A stretch of 64,000 nt of DNA from Eledone cirrhosa (taxonomy: Eukaryota). The first letter of the stretch is position 1; the number at the start of each line of letters is the position of its first letter. The notes beneath the pieces are model-generated. The model ran no database searches and was not told where the DNA came from. It worked only from the letters and a program-made list of their open reading frames with translations. The position numbers and the translations under genes are program-made. Where the stretch lies: positions 247,132,001 to 247,196,000 of the forward strand of contig OZ024743.1 of assembly GCA_964016885.1 (NCBI GenBank), written 5' to 3'. This document shows positions 52,871 through 64,000 of the stretch, piece after piece.

Positions 52871-53852
52871 CAGCAATCAAGCCAGCAGCCCCTGACACAG
52901 CCACTTCAGGTCAACAACAACTATCCTTCACAGCAGAACTTTTCAAATTTGCTACTTCCTTAAACTACCTCAAGAGACAAAACGTCATCATTGTCAACAT
53001 CTACTACTACCTCTACAATTAGTGATGAAGTAGTCCCATCTCAAAGCCAGTCACAACATTTTTGCTTAATGCACAAGGCATCAACCCTTCCATCAATGCA
53101 CAAAAATGGAAGATCCAATTCATTGAGAATTGGATTGATAACCACACCACATCCCTTTCTTCATCCTAACTGAAACCCATCTCAACAACTCCCACCTGGA
53201 AGCTGAAATGAGGGAGAGAAATTTTATAACCATCTGTGCAGATCGTGTTGGCAAAACTGTCGTTTTTTTGCATGATTCTTTTATGGTAGCCACATATGAT
53301 ACATTCTCCAACAACTACTGTGAATAACTTTCTGTGCACAACAAGGCAAATGACTTAACAGTAGTTGGTCTCTGTAAGCCACCACAAATGCCTCTACTAT
53401 ACTTCAAGGAATGCCTCAACACAGTATAAAGTCTTATTCAGCAGTGTCATTTTGGTAACATAATAATGATGGGTGACTTAAAAATCCTCTGTGTTGATTG
53501 GTCTAAAAACAGCTTGAAAACAGGTATTTCCACCTCAACTCCTGACAAAGCAGCGGTAGAGTAACTCTTCAATTTCATGAATGACTTTTTCCTGTCTCAA
53601 CTTGTGCTCACACCAACAAGATGTCACAAAAACATTTTGGACCTAGTGTTTAGTAACCACACAAACACAATTCACAATACTGCAGTGAAAAAAACCCTCC
53701 TCTCAGATCATGATATGGTTGTCTGTAATTTTATATTCCACCAGCCAAAAGTTAAACACAATGACCCCCCCTCTAGCCCACCCATTTAATAACATACATC
53801 TTTATAATAAAAATGGGATGCAATCATTCACGATCTTTCACATGTCAACTGG

Positions 53853-53888
<36 letters not shown>

Positions 53889-54330
53889 AGCTCCACCAAC
53901 ATCAAAACAACTTGGCTGATATTTGCAGACACCATTGCAAATATATGTGCAAAACATACCCCAACAAGATCTGTGAACAAAACTAAGTGCAAAATTCCCA
54001 GGAATAGAAGAACTATCATTAGAAAAATAAAAAGAATTAACCAAAAAATCAACCAACTAAAATACTGCCAGTAGCAACACACCCATTTAACTGTTATTGC
54101 ATTGTTTGAATAAAAAAAAAAAGCACAACCTCCAAAGCAGCATTGGAGACCATCATCAATAACTAAAGAACAGCTGAGGAGGACTCGGCCATTGAGAAAA
54201 TCAAAATCAATCTCAAAGTGTTCTTTTGATTTGCCAAAAAAACAGGAGGTCGCTATCTCCAATATAACAACAAGCATATCAAATATAATTTGGAATGGAG
54301 TGTCCTGATAAGAACAAAACCATATCAAGG
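52871..54330 (+). mobile_element. Decayed CR1/L2/Jockey-group LINE (APE endonuclease region)
   Basis: LTETHL, IMMGDL, PTR..NILDLVF and SDH motifs with stops and frameshifts. Confidence 0.8.
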
Positions 54331-54751
54331 AAAATAGAGTGAGTGCCCACTTTGCTCCAAGAAGATTTTCAAATTTTGCTTACATATGTTCCTGCACTTT
54401 AGAGAGTGTACTGTGCACATGTTATTGTGGCATCAGCTCAAGGGAGGTTGTTGTGTCTTACATATAACTGAGAAAACCTCTCAACACTTTGTTTAGGAAG
54501 TTTTCTATGGCTGGATGGCCTTTCTAACTCCAATTTCTTTACAGAGTGGACAGAGTGAATTTTAACATGGCATTAACACTAAATAGAAAATATTTTTAAC
54601 AACTTTTAAATAGTTAGAGAGTACAGGCAGATATGAAGTACTAAATTCAGGATAAATCTCCACTTAAATATATTGTATTGATTTAGTTTCTTCAGAGTCT
54701 AATCTTCAGTCTTTGATTCATACTAGGTCTCAATAGGAAAATATTTGCCTC

Positions 54752-54986
54752 TTAATCCTTTTGTTACCATATTTCTAATGAAAGACATTGCCTATTATTT
54801 TCAAATAATTTTGAAAACAATTATGAATTTGGAGGGATTTAGTCAAATAACTTTATTATTACGTTGATATTTGAAGCTTAACATAGCAAAGGTTCAAACT
54901 TAAAATTATAATGTAAGGTTTTTAGATAAATATAAGTACTTTATAATATGTGATGGTTTCAGGTGGGGTGTTATTAAAAGGGTTAA
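54752..54986. mobile_element. TTAA-flanked piggyBac-like MITE (representative copy)
   Basis: ttaa-tccttttgttaccat ... aaaaggg-ttaa. Other copies at about 8906-9121, 10644-10903, 13394-13651, 14799-15022, 15064-15626, 17770-18034, 21603-22251, 22248-22486, 22706-22944, 26495-26702, 43745-43988, 62552-62831 and 63858-64000. Confidence 0.75.
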
Positions 54987-55159
54987 TGAAATAGCTACCC
55001 ATGTAACATGTTCACCATGAATGAATTTATGTATTTATTTAATGAACTAGTTTCAGTTACTTCTGATCATATTAGAAGTATGTTTAAATGTACAAATAAG
55101 TTTTAACAAAAAATACAACTGTTTTATTACAAGTACATCTACAGTTACCATTTACAGCA

Positions 55160-56652
55160 AGAATGAAAATCAGTGCTACAAAGATTCTTCTCAAGGAAGC
55201 CTGCACAGTGGAACATGTGAGTGGAGTTCCACTGAAGTAAGTGGAGTTCCACTGAAGTAAGTGGAGTTCCACTGAAGTGAAGTTCCACTGAAGTGAGTGA
55301 AGTTCCACTGAAGTAAGTGGAATTCCACTGAAGTAAGTGGAGTTCCACTGAAGTAAGTGGAGTTCCACTGAAGTGAGTGGAGTTCCACTGAAGTAAGTGA
55401 AGTTCCACTGAAATAAGTGGAGTTCCACTGAAGTAAGTGGAGTTCCACTGAAGTAAGTGGAGTTCCACTGAAGTAAGTGAAGTTCCACTGAAGTAAGTGG
55501 AGTTCCACTGAAGTAAGTGGTGTTCCACTGAAGTAAGTGGAGTTCCACTGAAGTAAGTGGAGTTCCACTGAAGTAAGTGGAGTTCCACTGAAGTGAAGTT
55601 CCACTGAAGTGAGTGAAGTTCCACTGAAGTAAGTGGAGTTCCACTGAAGTAAGTGGAGTTCCACTGAAGTAAGTGGAGTTCCACTGAAGTGAGTGGAGTT
55701 CCACTGAAGTAAGTGAAGTTCCACTGAAGTAAGTGGAGTTGCACTGAAGTGAGTGAAGTTCCACTGAAGTAAGTGGAATTCCACTGAAGTAAGTGGAGTT
55801 CCACTGAAGTGAATGGAGTTCCACTGAAGTGAGTGGAGTTCCACTGAAGTAAGTGGAGTTCGACTGAAGTAAGTGGAGTTCCACTGAAGTAAGTGGAGTT
55901 CCACTGAAGTAAGTGGAGTTGCACTGAAGTGAGTGAAGTTCCACTGAAGTAAGTGATGTTCCACTGAAGTAAGTGGAGTTCCACTGAAGTAAGTGATGTT
56001 CCACTGAAGTAAGTGATGTTCCACTGAAGTAAGTGATGTTCCACTGAAGTAAGTGGAGAAGTTCAAGTATCCTGGAGCCATTTTCATGAGTGGCGGAAGA
56101 CAAGAGGCTGAATTAAATGCAAGAATTGCATGACCTGGTGTAATAATGTGCCAGCTTCAGCATTCAGTCATCAGAAGAAGGAAGGTAGGTGTAAAAGGCA
56201 AACTCACTATCTTCAATTTGATATTTGTGCCAACCTTTACCTATGGTCATGAATCTTGGGTAATGATTGAAAGAATACCATTACGAATACAAGCAGCTGA
56301 CATGAGATTCCTCTGAAGGGTCTTTGGCATAACATTACTCAATAGAGTACCTATCTCAGATATCAGGGAGTTGATCCAGGTAGAGCTACTTCTCCGAATT
56401 GAGAGACCACAGTTCCAATACTTCAGACATGAGGTCAAAATTGCAGGACAGATTTTACGGGCAAAACCAATCGGCAGGAGACCCACTGGTAGACTCCAAG
56501 GATGTTGGTTGGATACCATCCATGAGCTCAGCTGATCTCACTTTAGGATCCAACTGGATAATTTGAAGACAGTTGTTTGTGACAGGACCTGTTAGGTGTG
56601 CTTGAGGACTCTACCCACACAACCCTCCCAGGAATAAGTTTACAAAGAGGAA
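55160..56652 (+). mobile_element. Old RTE-clade LINE (family C) fragment containing the 20-bp satellite
   Basis: MKISA before the array; VEKFKY.G, PTFTYGHESWV and AADMRFL after it. Confidence 0.85.
55220..56058. repeat. 20-bp tandem array, about 42 units
   Basis: Consensus agtggagttccactgaagta. Confidence 0.98.
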
Positions 56653-56673
56653 AAAATGTAACACGACACTTAC

Positions 56674-56732
56674 CAATCTATTAGGATAACGAACACATAC
56701 AGGTTGAACAGGAACACCAGGATAAAAGGCAC
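56674..56732 (-). CDS. LPCAT2: LPCAT exon (59 nt): GAFYPGVPVQPVCVRYPNRL
   Basis: Acceptor tatgtag, donor gtaagt; GVPVQP acyltransferase motif IV; frame continues from the previous exon. Confidence 0.95.
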
Positions 56733-57529
56733 CTACATAGACACAAAATAATAGTTGTTATAATGAATATGACTTTCCTTTAAATATTATCTAAAATTAA
56801 TAAGATGTTTTACTTTTACAAATAATTCTATATAGATTATTTGTCTTATGAGATAAAAACTATTTATTTTAGTAAAATACACACTTATATATAATGTGTA
56901 ACGAAATTCTAGAAAAAATTATATCTCGTGTATTATATCTCATTAGTAGCTTTGTGTGATTATTTTCTTGGTATCATTTGAGGTTGTTGGACACAGAAAG
57001 CACAGCAATAGGCCATGTCAAGGTATATGAGGAAAAGAATGTTTAATCAGATTTATAATTGCTGAATAAAATACTGAATGAAATCATATTTGCATCATTT
57101 ACCAAATAAAGCTGTTACATTGAAAAGTTCATGCATCCTAAAAGAAACAAAAACAAAACCGAAAATGACCTTTGCACTTTACAGGTGTTAGCTGTAAAAA
57201 TAGGCCTAATATAAAGCTAATGTTGTGAAAATCAATTTCATTTTTTATAACAATGGTGAAGTTTATATTCAATAATAAGTTAATATTTAATTCTACTTTT
57301 CAGTTCCTACAGTGATACACACATGATTATGTTATCACAGGAGAACAAAGTATTTGTCATTTACAAGTGACAGTAAGTAAGGGTGCTTTCATCTATGAAC
57401 ATGTTTATTACATAATGAAGGAGTTGTCATTCTTGACCATGGCATCTTAGCAAACATCATAAACAAATAGAGAAATTGAAAGTAGCTGGTCATTATTTTG
57501 GATGTTGTGATTCTAATTCTAATAGCCAA

Positions 57530-58230
57530 CTCTAGTTTGGAAACAAGTGTAAACTTCAATCCATGCTGAAGTCAAAATAAAGCAGATTGGGGTGAAATCT
57601 GCAGCATTTCCCAAGCTGGAAGAAGAGCTGATCAAGTTGGAGAAGAAACACAAAATTATCAGCATTGCAATCAGTACAACTAATTTATATCTCAAGATAT
57701 TGGAAATCACAAAGATGGGAATAACATCTGACAACTTCAAAGTCAGTATTGGGTGGAGTCAGTACTTTACAAAGAGACAAGAACCATCAGTTCATTGACA
57801 GACTTACAGAGCACAAAAAATGCTTGCATATTATCAAAGACAGCATTTCGTCATTAGCCCAGTTAGCCTGATAAAACAGCCATATTTACTGGTGATTAAT
57901 GTGTTTAAGTTCCATTGAGAACTTGATTTGAAATAGCAACAGAAATCTATGAAAACCAACTTTGTCATTACTCTTAGTGGGATGATCACTTGTCTACAAC
58001 CACTGGATACCAACTTTAACTAGCTGTTCAAGTTGCATGTTTGCATCAAGTTGAACTAAGGGTTGGCAAAGTGGTACAATTTCATCACTCCTCCAGGCCA
58101 CATTCACCAACCAGAACTCTCCCGTGTGTGTATGTGGATACTAGAAGCTCAAATCTCTGTGGCAAAGTCTTTCAAAGAATGCTGCATCCTAAATGCATTG
58201 AATAGTAGTGAAGACATCTTTTATCTGAGG
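57530..58230 (+). mobile_element. Decayed pogo/Tigger transposase
   Basis: CENP-B-type HTH (FPKLEEEL..FKVSIGW..F.KR) and DDE_1 remnants (LQPLD..FN..FK; SFKECCI.NALN.SED). Confidence 0.8.
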
Positions 58231-61200
58231 GAGGGACAAGTTCAGGATAACTGCGAGGACAACAATTTCAAAGAGGACCAAAACATCTACTTCATTGTTA
58301 ACATAAACAATGATGTCATGGACAGCAGTGAAGCAAACTTACTTTAATGGTGTGTCACCACTATTTAAAATAGAAACTACTGAATTTCTAAACAAAGTGC
58401 ACATACATTTAAAATAGATGTTTAATGTATATGCAAGATGAGGTTAACTATCCAACCCATGCCAGCATGAAAAGCAGATGTAAAATGATGATGATGATTG
58501 TCAAATGCAAAGTCTAACTGAAACTGAAAATGATCAGCTTGCTAAAATGTTCTTAATATTATTACTTTGCAACACTGCTTTGTTAGTGCTACTTTATTAT
58601 TAAAACACACAAGTGACTAAAACATTAAGTACTGTAGCATTTTGTTGTTTCTTTCAAATGTAATTTCATGAGACGTAAATTGTGTGTCGACACCAGGAAT
58701 GACGTAAACAGTATATATTTATAGTATGAAGTCACACATGACTATGTGAATAAAAACAAAAACAGTGTGCCATTCCTACCAATATCACTGTAAATATTTA
58801 GCAGAAAATATCTAAAAATAGATGTTAATTCAAATGTATCTTTACTAGTGAACAAATTGTTGTATACATTTACAGTAAACTTAAGTAAAAACTTTAATTT
58901 TTAATGTGATGCAATCATAGTGCTGATTAGTACTTTTTAAGAATACTCTGGTAAAACAGATTCATGTGGTACAGTACGTTAAAAGTTCATTTCTGAGCAA
59001 AATTTTGAATATACAGAGATGTAGTCAGAAAAATGTAAGTTACCAAAGAGTTCAACAATATATTTAAAAAGAGGTAAAAAGTGATTGGAGCTTAGTTCTT
59101 ATTTTCCTCCTATTTATTATAGCCTCCCAGACCATAATAGAGAAGTTTAACACCAGCTGTACATAGAGAGTCCTGTTTGCTAATGACCCAGTTCTTCTCA
59201 CTCTTTCTCAAATTTATTTTGCAGAGCTGCCTGTGTAACGAGGGATGACATTGGATTTAACTGTATTCAATCCTCCTTATCACTCTAATTCTTTCCCATC
59301 ACAATGTGTGTGTAACAAGGAATGATAATAGCTCTGTCCAAATTCAATACCCACTACCATCACCCTTCTGGACTGCTAGATACCATTCCCTTTCACTGCC
59401 ATTATCCCCCTCTTTTATCATTTTATCTTGTCCCCCTAATACTCTCACTGCCCTCATTAACATTGCTCATGCTTTTTTTCTAATCAATCCCATTACCAAC
59501 ATTTTATTGCAGGACCAGTACGAAGGAAATTGTTGTGTGACACAACTGCCAAGTCCTCCCAGCTCTTTGTTTGGCATAATTTCTACAATTGGATGCCCTT
59601 TCTATCACTAACCACTTTACATAGTCTACTAGCTGCATTTTGTCCAGAAACAAGCACTAGAGGGGTTTTTTGTCCTCTGAAAAACTAAACAACCTTTACT
59701 CCACACTGTCTCTCTTCATTCAAGGCAACATAAATATAATTTACTTTCATTCATTTTATCCAGAATAAGGCCATGTACTTGGCCAGGAAAAAAAAGACAA
59801 TATTTAGATCTTGTATATAATATGCACCCATGATTTGGGGGCTTAAAAAATTTTGAAAAAAATGTATACTACACACAATAGATAAAAAAAAAAGTATTCC
59901 TTTTCATCATATAAGGTGTTTCTGTACTTTAAATAGTACATCATGAAACGAGAAAGCAAATGTTTATAAAAGTTTTCAGTTGTACATAGCAAAAAGAACA
60001 GATTCAGTTAATAAAATGTGTGGTGAAAAGAAAAATGAGCAAAATAGGATATTTATGAGTTTACTCATTGAAAGCAATTCATTATGAGTTCATAACCAAA
60101 ATTTGATATAATTTTAAAAAATAATGGGAATACTAGATGACTACAGTAGGAAATATTTAGAATTGATATCAAGGACAAATAAAACAATTTCAATATTTAG
60201 GACAAAATCTAAAATTGTGCCTCAGAAAAGTCCTTATCATCATCACCATGATTTAACATCCATCTTCCTTGCTAGCAAGGATTGGACAGGACTTCGCAAA
60301 CTAGGTCATCACTCAAGGGGAGCTACGGACCTCTCAGATGGGCAGGGGACCTACATATAACTTGCATACATCCCTGTGCTCTACCAAGTGCATTTTATCA
60401 TGGCACCATCATTAGGAAGGTTGTCATGTCTTTAACCCAGCTGAAGAGTCCTGCCAATTCTATGTTTGACAGGTTTTCAGTTGGATGCCCTTCCTATCAC
60501 CATCTATTTTACAGAGTGTATTGGCTGCATTGACATAAATTTGTCACAACTGAAGAGTCCTTCCAAACCTTTGTTAGACAAATTTTCTATAGCTGGATGC
60601 CCTTCCTATTACCTACCACCTTACAGAGTGTACTGGGTAAAAAGTATTTAGAATTGATGATATCCAGGACATATAACATGATTACCATATTTTAAACAAA
60701 ATCTATAATTGTGCTTTGTGAATTCGATATTATGCCAAAATGGCAATAGTAATTTGTACCTTTTCAATGCCCAAGACTATATTCCAATTATTTCTAGATT
60801 GACTGTAGATAAACTCCCAGTAATACCATTATTTAACAGATATAAAGTGTATTACAATATGACAATAAATGATTGATAAACTAAAAAGTATTAGAACCAT
60901 ATGTAATTAGCTCTGAATGCCAATGCTGTTTATTGTATTTCTTTGGATTTTTTCAAAATAAATTGTTAAAAATAAAATAAAAGAGATTTTAATAAAATTT
61001 TATTTACTTTAACTTGAGCTGTGCTTTACAAACTAAACTAAACTGTATCATTTATTATCAGTGTTAGTGCTGCTGCTAATTAATACTAGCCCATCAAGCC
61101 TGCACTATATGCAAATAAGCTTCTTTACTCACTTATTCCTGGGAGGGACATAAGAGCAGAGTTCTCGAAAACATCTTCCAGAGGGTCCTATCAGTGACTT

Positions 61201-61387
61201 ATGTGTTTATTATACATAAACATATTGTATATTCTTTTTTATATGCCTCTATTCTAAAATGTACCAGTAACTTTTTTAAGAGAGGTGTGAGGTAAAAGAC
61301 ATACCAGTATGATTTGGGCACTCAAAGACTTAATAGAATTGATATCAATAATTACATAAAGCTACTAGTAATATTTAATAATCTCAC

Positions 61388-61561
61388 CTGGCTTAAACCC
61401 TATCAAACAAGATCGGTTGGTACATGTTCCTTCAGGAAAAATAACGATTTGTGGCCAGGCACCTTTTGAATGGGCCCTTTTGTTGATCTCCTTGATTGTA
61501 TTAAGTCGGGAATTTGGGTCTTCTCGAGACACAAATACTGGCTGTGTAAACTGGATCAGTT
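61388..61561 (-). CDS. LPCAT2: LPCAT1/2-like acyltransferase exon (174 nt): LIQFTQPVFVSREDPNSRLNTIKEINKRAHSKGAWPQIVIFPEGTCTNRSCLIGFKP
   Basis: Carries the PlsC/AGPAT-type FPEGT and VFVSR motifs. Acceptor tttcag, donor CAG|gtgaga; phase 1 at both ends. LPCAT1 versus LPCAT2 cannot be resolved for an invertebrate. Confidence 0.95.
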
Positions 61562-64000
61562 CTGAAAATTTCAAATATTATACTTAGTGGTGAAACTGCT
61601 TTAAGTAGAAATATAAATCAAAGTGATAAAATATTGGATATAATTCAAAGCTAAAACTAGTTATTATAATACTAAGCTTTTAACCTTATCCTGTATATCA
61701 TTATATGAAAGAAAACTTATCCTACACGTATTGCTTTCTGAGTTAGTTTATGTACAAATAGAAGAAATTAAACTACTTTTCATTATTAAAAAAAGTTCAT
61801 ATTATGCCAATACTGCCACTTTTATTTAATAACTCTACACTGTTCCTAAATTTGCATTAGCAAACTAAACTATGGAATAAATAACAGTTTCTAAAATATA
61901 CTAAAGCAATAGAATTATTTTTACAACGATTTAGAGAGATACAGAAAGAGATAAGAGCATGGTTAAGATACAAAACTACTGTTATAAAAATCACAAATTC
62001 AAATCGTTTTATTTTACTTTCAAACAATTGTAAAATTAATGTTGGCCACAAGTGAAGATAAGATGAAAATTTAGATCCATTTTTTCCATCCGATGGAGAG
62101 TGGAATATATTTTTCAAACAGGCCCTCTATCCTCTCAGGAATAAGCAGGTGAAGAAGAAGTAAAAAGAGTCCTTCATTAACATTAACACAGCTGTCATTC
62201 ACAGTTGATTGTGACTTGGTAATATGTACCATGCTTCACTAATGGGTTTAAGAGCTCATGCAGTCATAAGCAGATATGGACACTTTCAAGACCCTCCTCA
62301 CTCCAGAAGAACATCCATGATGTGACAACTGAAAGGGGGGGAAGCTGTCTCAGTGCTACTAGTCTGGTACTTTCTTTATCAGCCATAAAAGGATGAAAGC
62401 AAAATAGACCTCAGCAGAATTTAAACTCAGACCACAAAGAGCTGGAACAAATTTCATAACATATTTTATTCTATGTTGTAATGACTGCCAATCAATCACC
62501 TTAATATTAACAGATAATAAAAATGATTCATGTTGACCTATGGTCAAGTACATAACCCTTTCATTACCATATTTCTAATGCAACATCTTGTCCATATGTT
62601 TTAATTACCCTTTAAAATAATAATAAAAATTTAGAAACTTTGTAAAATAACTTACAGATCCATTCTAAAGGGGATGTTTGGAATACTGCTTAACAGAAGG
62701 TTCTGACATAAAATTTTCAGAGTAGATTTAAATATAAATAATATACTCTAAAATAAACAGCTTTGTGTCATAGAATCAGGGGTAGTCACATGTGGGTGGG
62801 TGTTTGTTTCGGTTGGTATCAAAAGGGCTAAAAATCATTCTTGTAACAAACTAAACACTATGACCATAACTGAAGCTGCCATAAATTGTTTTCTGCTTAC
62901 ACTAGATTAAATTACACTAGTCTAAATCCACATAAAATATTTACAACATAGATAGTAACTGAGATTTCAAAGCAACCAGAAAAGAAAACAGTTATATAAG
63001 AAGCTATTAGGTTCCAAATTTTTCTGAGTCTCAAATCATTTAAGACTGAAATTAATACAAATCACAAATCTAATAGTTCATATTCCATTTCAATTTGGAT
63101 CAGTTAAAATGTTAAACAGATTTTATTTTATTTCATTTTTTGACAAATTGGTAGAGTCATTAATGCATTGAATTAAATGCTTTTCAGTATTTGTTCATGT
63201 TCTCTGCACTCTTTGTTTAAATTCCAAAGTCATCTTCAACTTTCAACCTTTAAGGATCAATAAAGTGTCAGACCAGATGCAGTTGAGTGGCAAAATTGCT
63301 AAAGCAGTGGGTGGGATGCCTTGCAGTATCTGTTCTGATTGTGTGTTCTGAATTCAAATCCAACCTCCTTGTCACCAGAAAAATGGTGATGCTTCTGTCA
63401 GGAGTTGCAGCTGACAAATAGTATAAGAAAAGGAAAGACCAATGGAAACAGTTTCCTTGGTTCATTTTGAAGATCAGCCTCTTTCCTCTTTTAATGCTTT
63501 CATGCTTTAAAAAGTAGGTTGCCTTTTATATATTCAACATTTGTATATGGTTTAAGTCAATAACTTAAACTATTGAACATTTGTATATAGTTTAAATCAA
63601 TTTCAGTCAATTGTTCTTGTTACAAATTGCACTACTGCCCATATTGTAAGATTGATACAAGTTGAGAAAAGTGCCTTACACAAAAGAGACAGAATCAGAC
63701 ATTACGACATGTCAACACCTAAAACCTATAGCCACAGTGTCTCTTATTTATACTTCTAAGATTCACTTAACTATTAACTTATTTTCTATGTTAATCAATA
63801 GAGAAACCCCACTACAAAACCTGGGAGTTGCCAGTTGAATCAAATATATTAATCAATTTAAACCCTGCTGACACCAAACCATCTCTAGTTATAAATGTAA
63901 AAGTTTTTTCTATCAAAGTGTTTATATTTATCTAAAATCTTCCCTCATAATTTTATGTATGATCCTTTGTTAAATTATACTACAAACACCAACTAAATAA

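Noticed and set aside
55084-56103. Three long repetitive ORFs (298-339 aa)
   Set aside because: By-product of a stop-free 20-bp unit; all three frames give the same permuted peptide and the array lies inside a LINE relic in an intron.
61562-64000. Upstream LPCAT exon with the HxxxxD motif
   Set aside because: Not found in this interval; presumably beyond the window end.

Overview
AT-rich, repeat-dense eukaryotic DNA. The SINE, RTE-LINE and microsatellite content points to an octopus/coleoid cephalopod genome (inferred, not database-confirmed). The ORF track misses the main gene: the 3' two-thirds of an LPCAT1/2-type lysophosphatidylcholine acyltransferase with C-terminal EF-hands. It lies on the minus strand as 10 phase-consistent GT-AG exons from 61561 down to a stop at 28189; the 5' exons are beyond the window. 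Its introns hold young RTE-clade LINEs with a PHD-type zinc finger inside the RT, arranged as a multi-layer nest and as inverted pairs. Also present: L1/Tx1, CR1-like and pogo relics, about a dozen copies of a TTAA-flanked MITE, many tRNA-derived SINEs, a 40-bp minisatellite, and a 20-bp satellite that appears to have arisen inside a LINE. Two unexplained exon-like candidates lie at 3.9-4.3 kb (+) and 12.8-14.7 kb (-). I found no CRISPR array, no rRNA, no intact tRNA gene, and nothing I can claim as a demonstrated new biological system.
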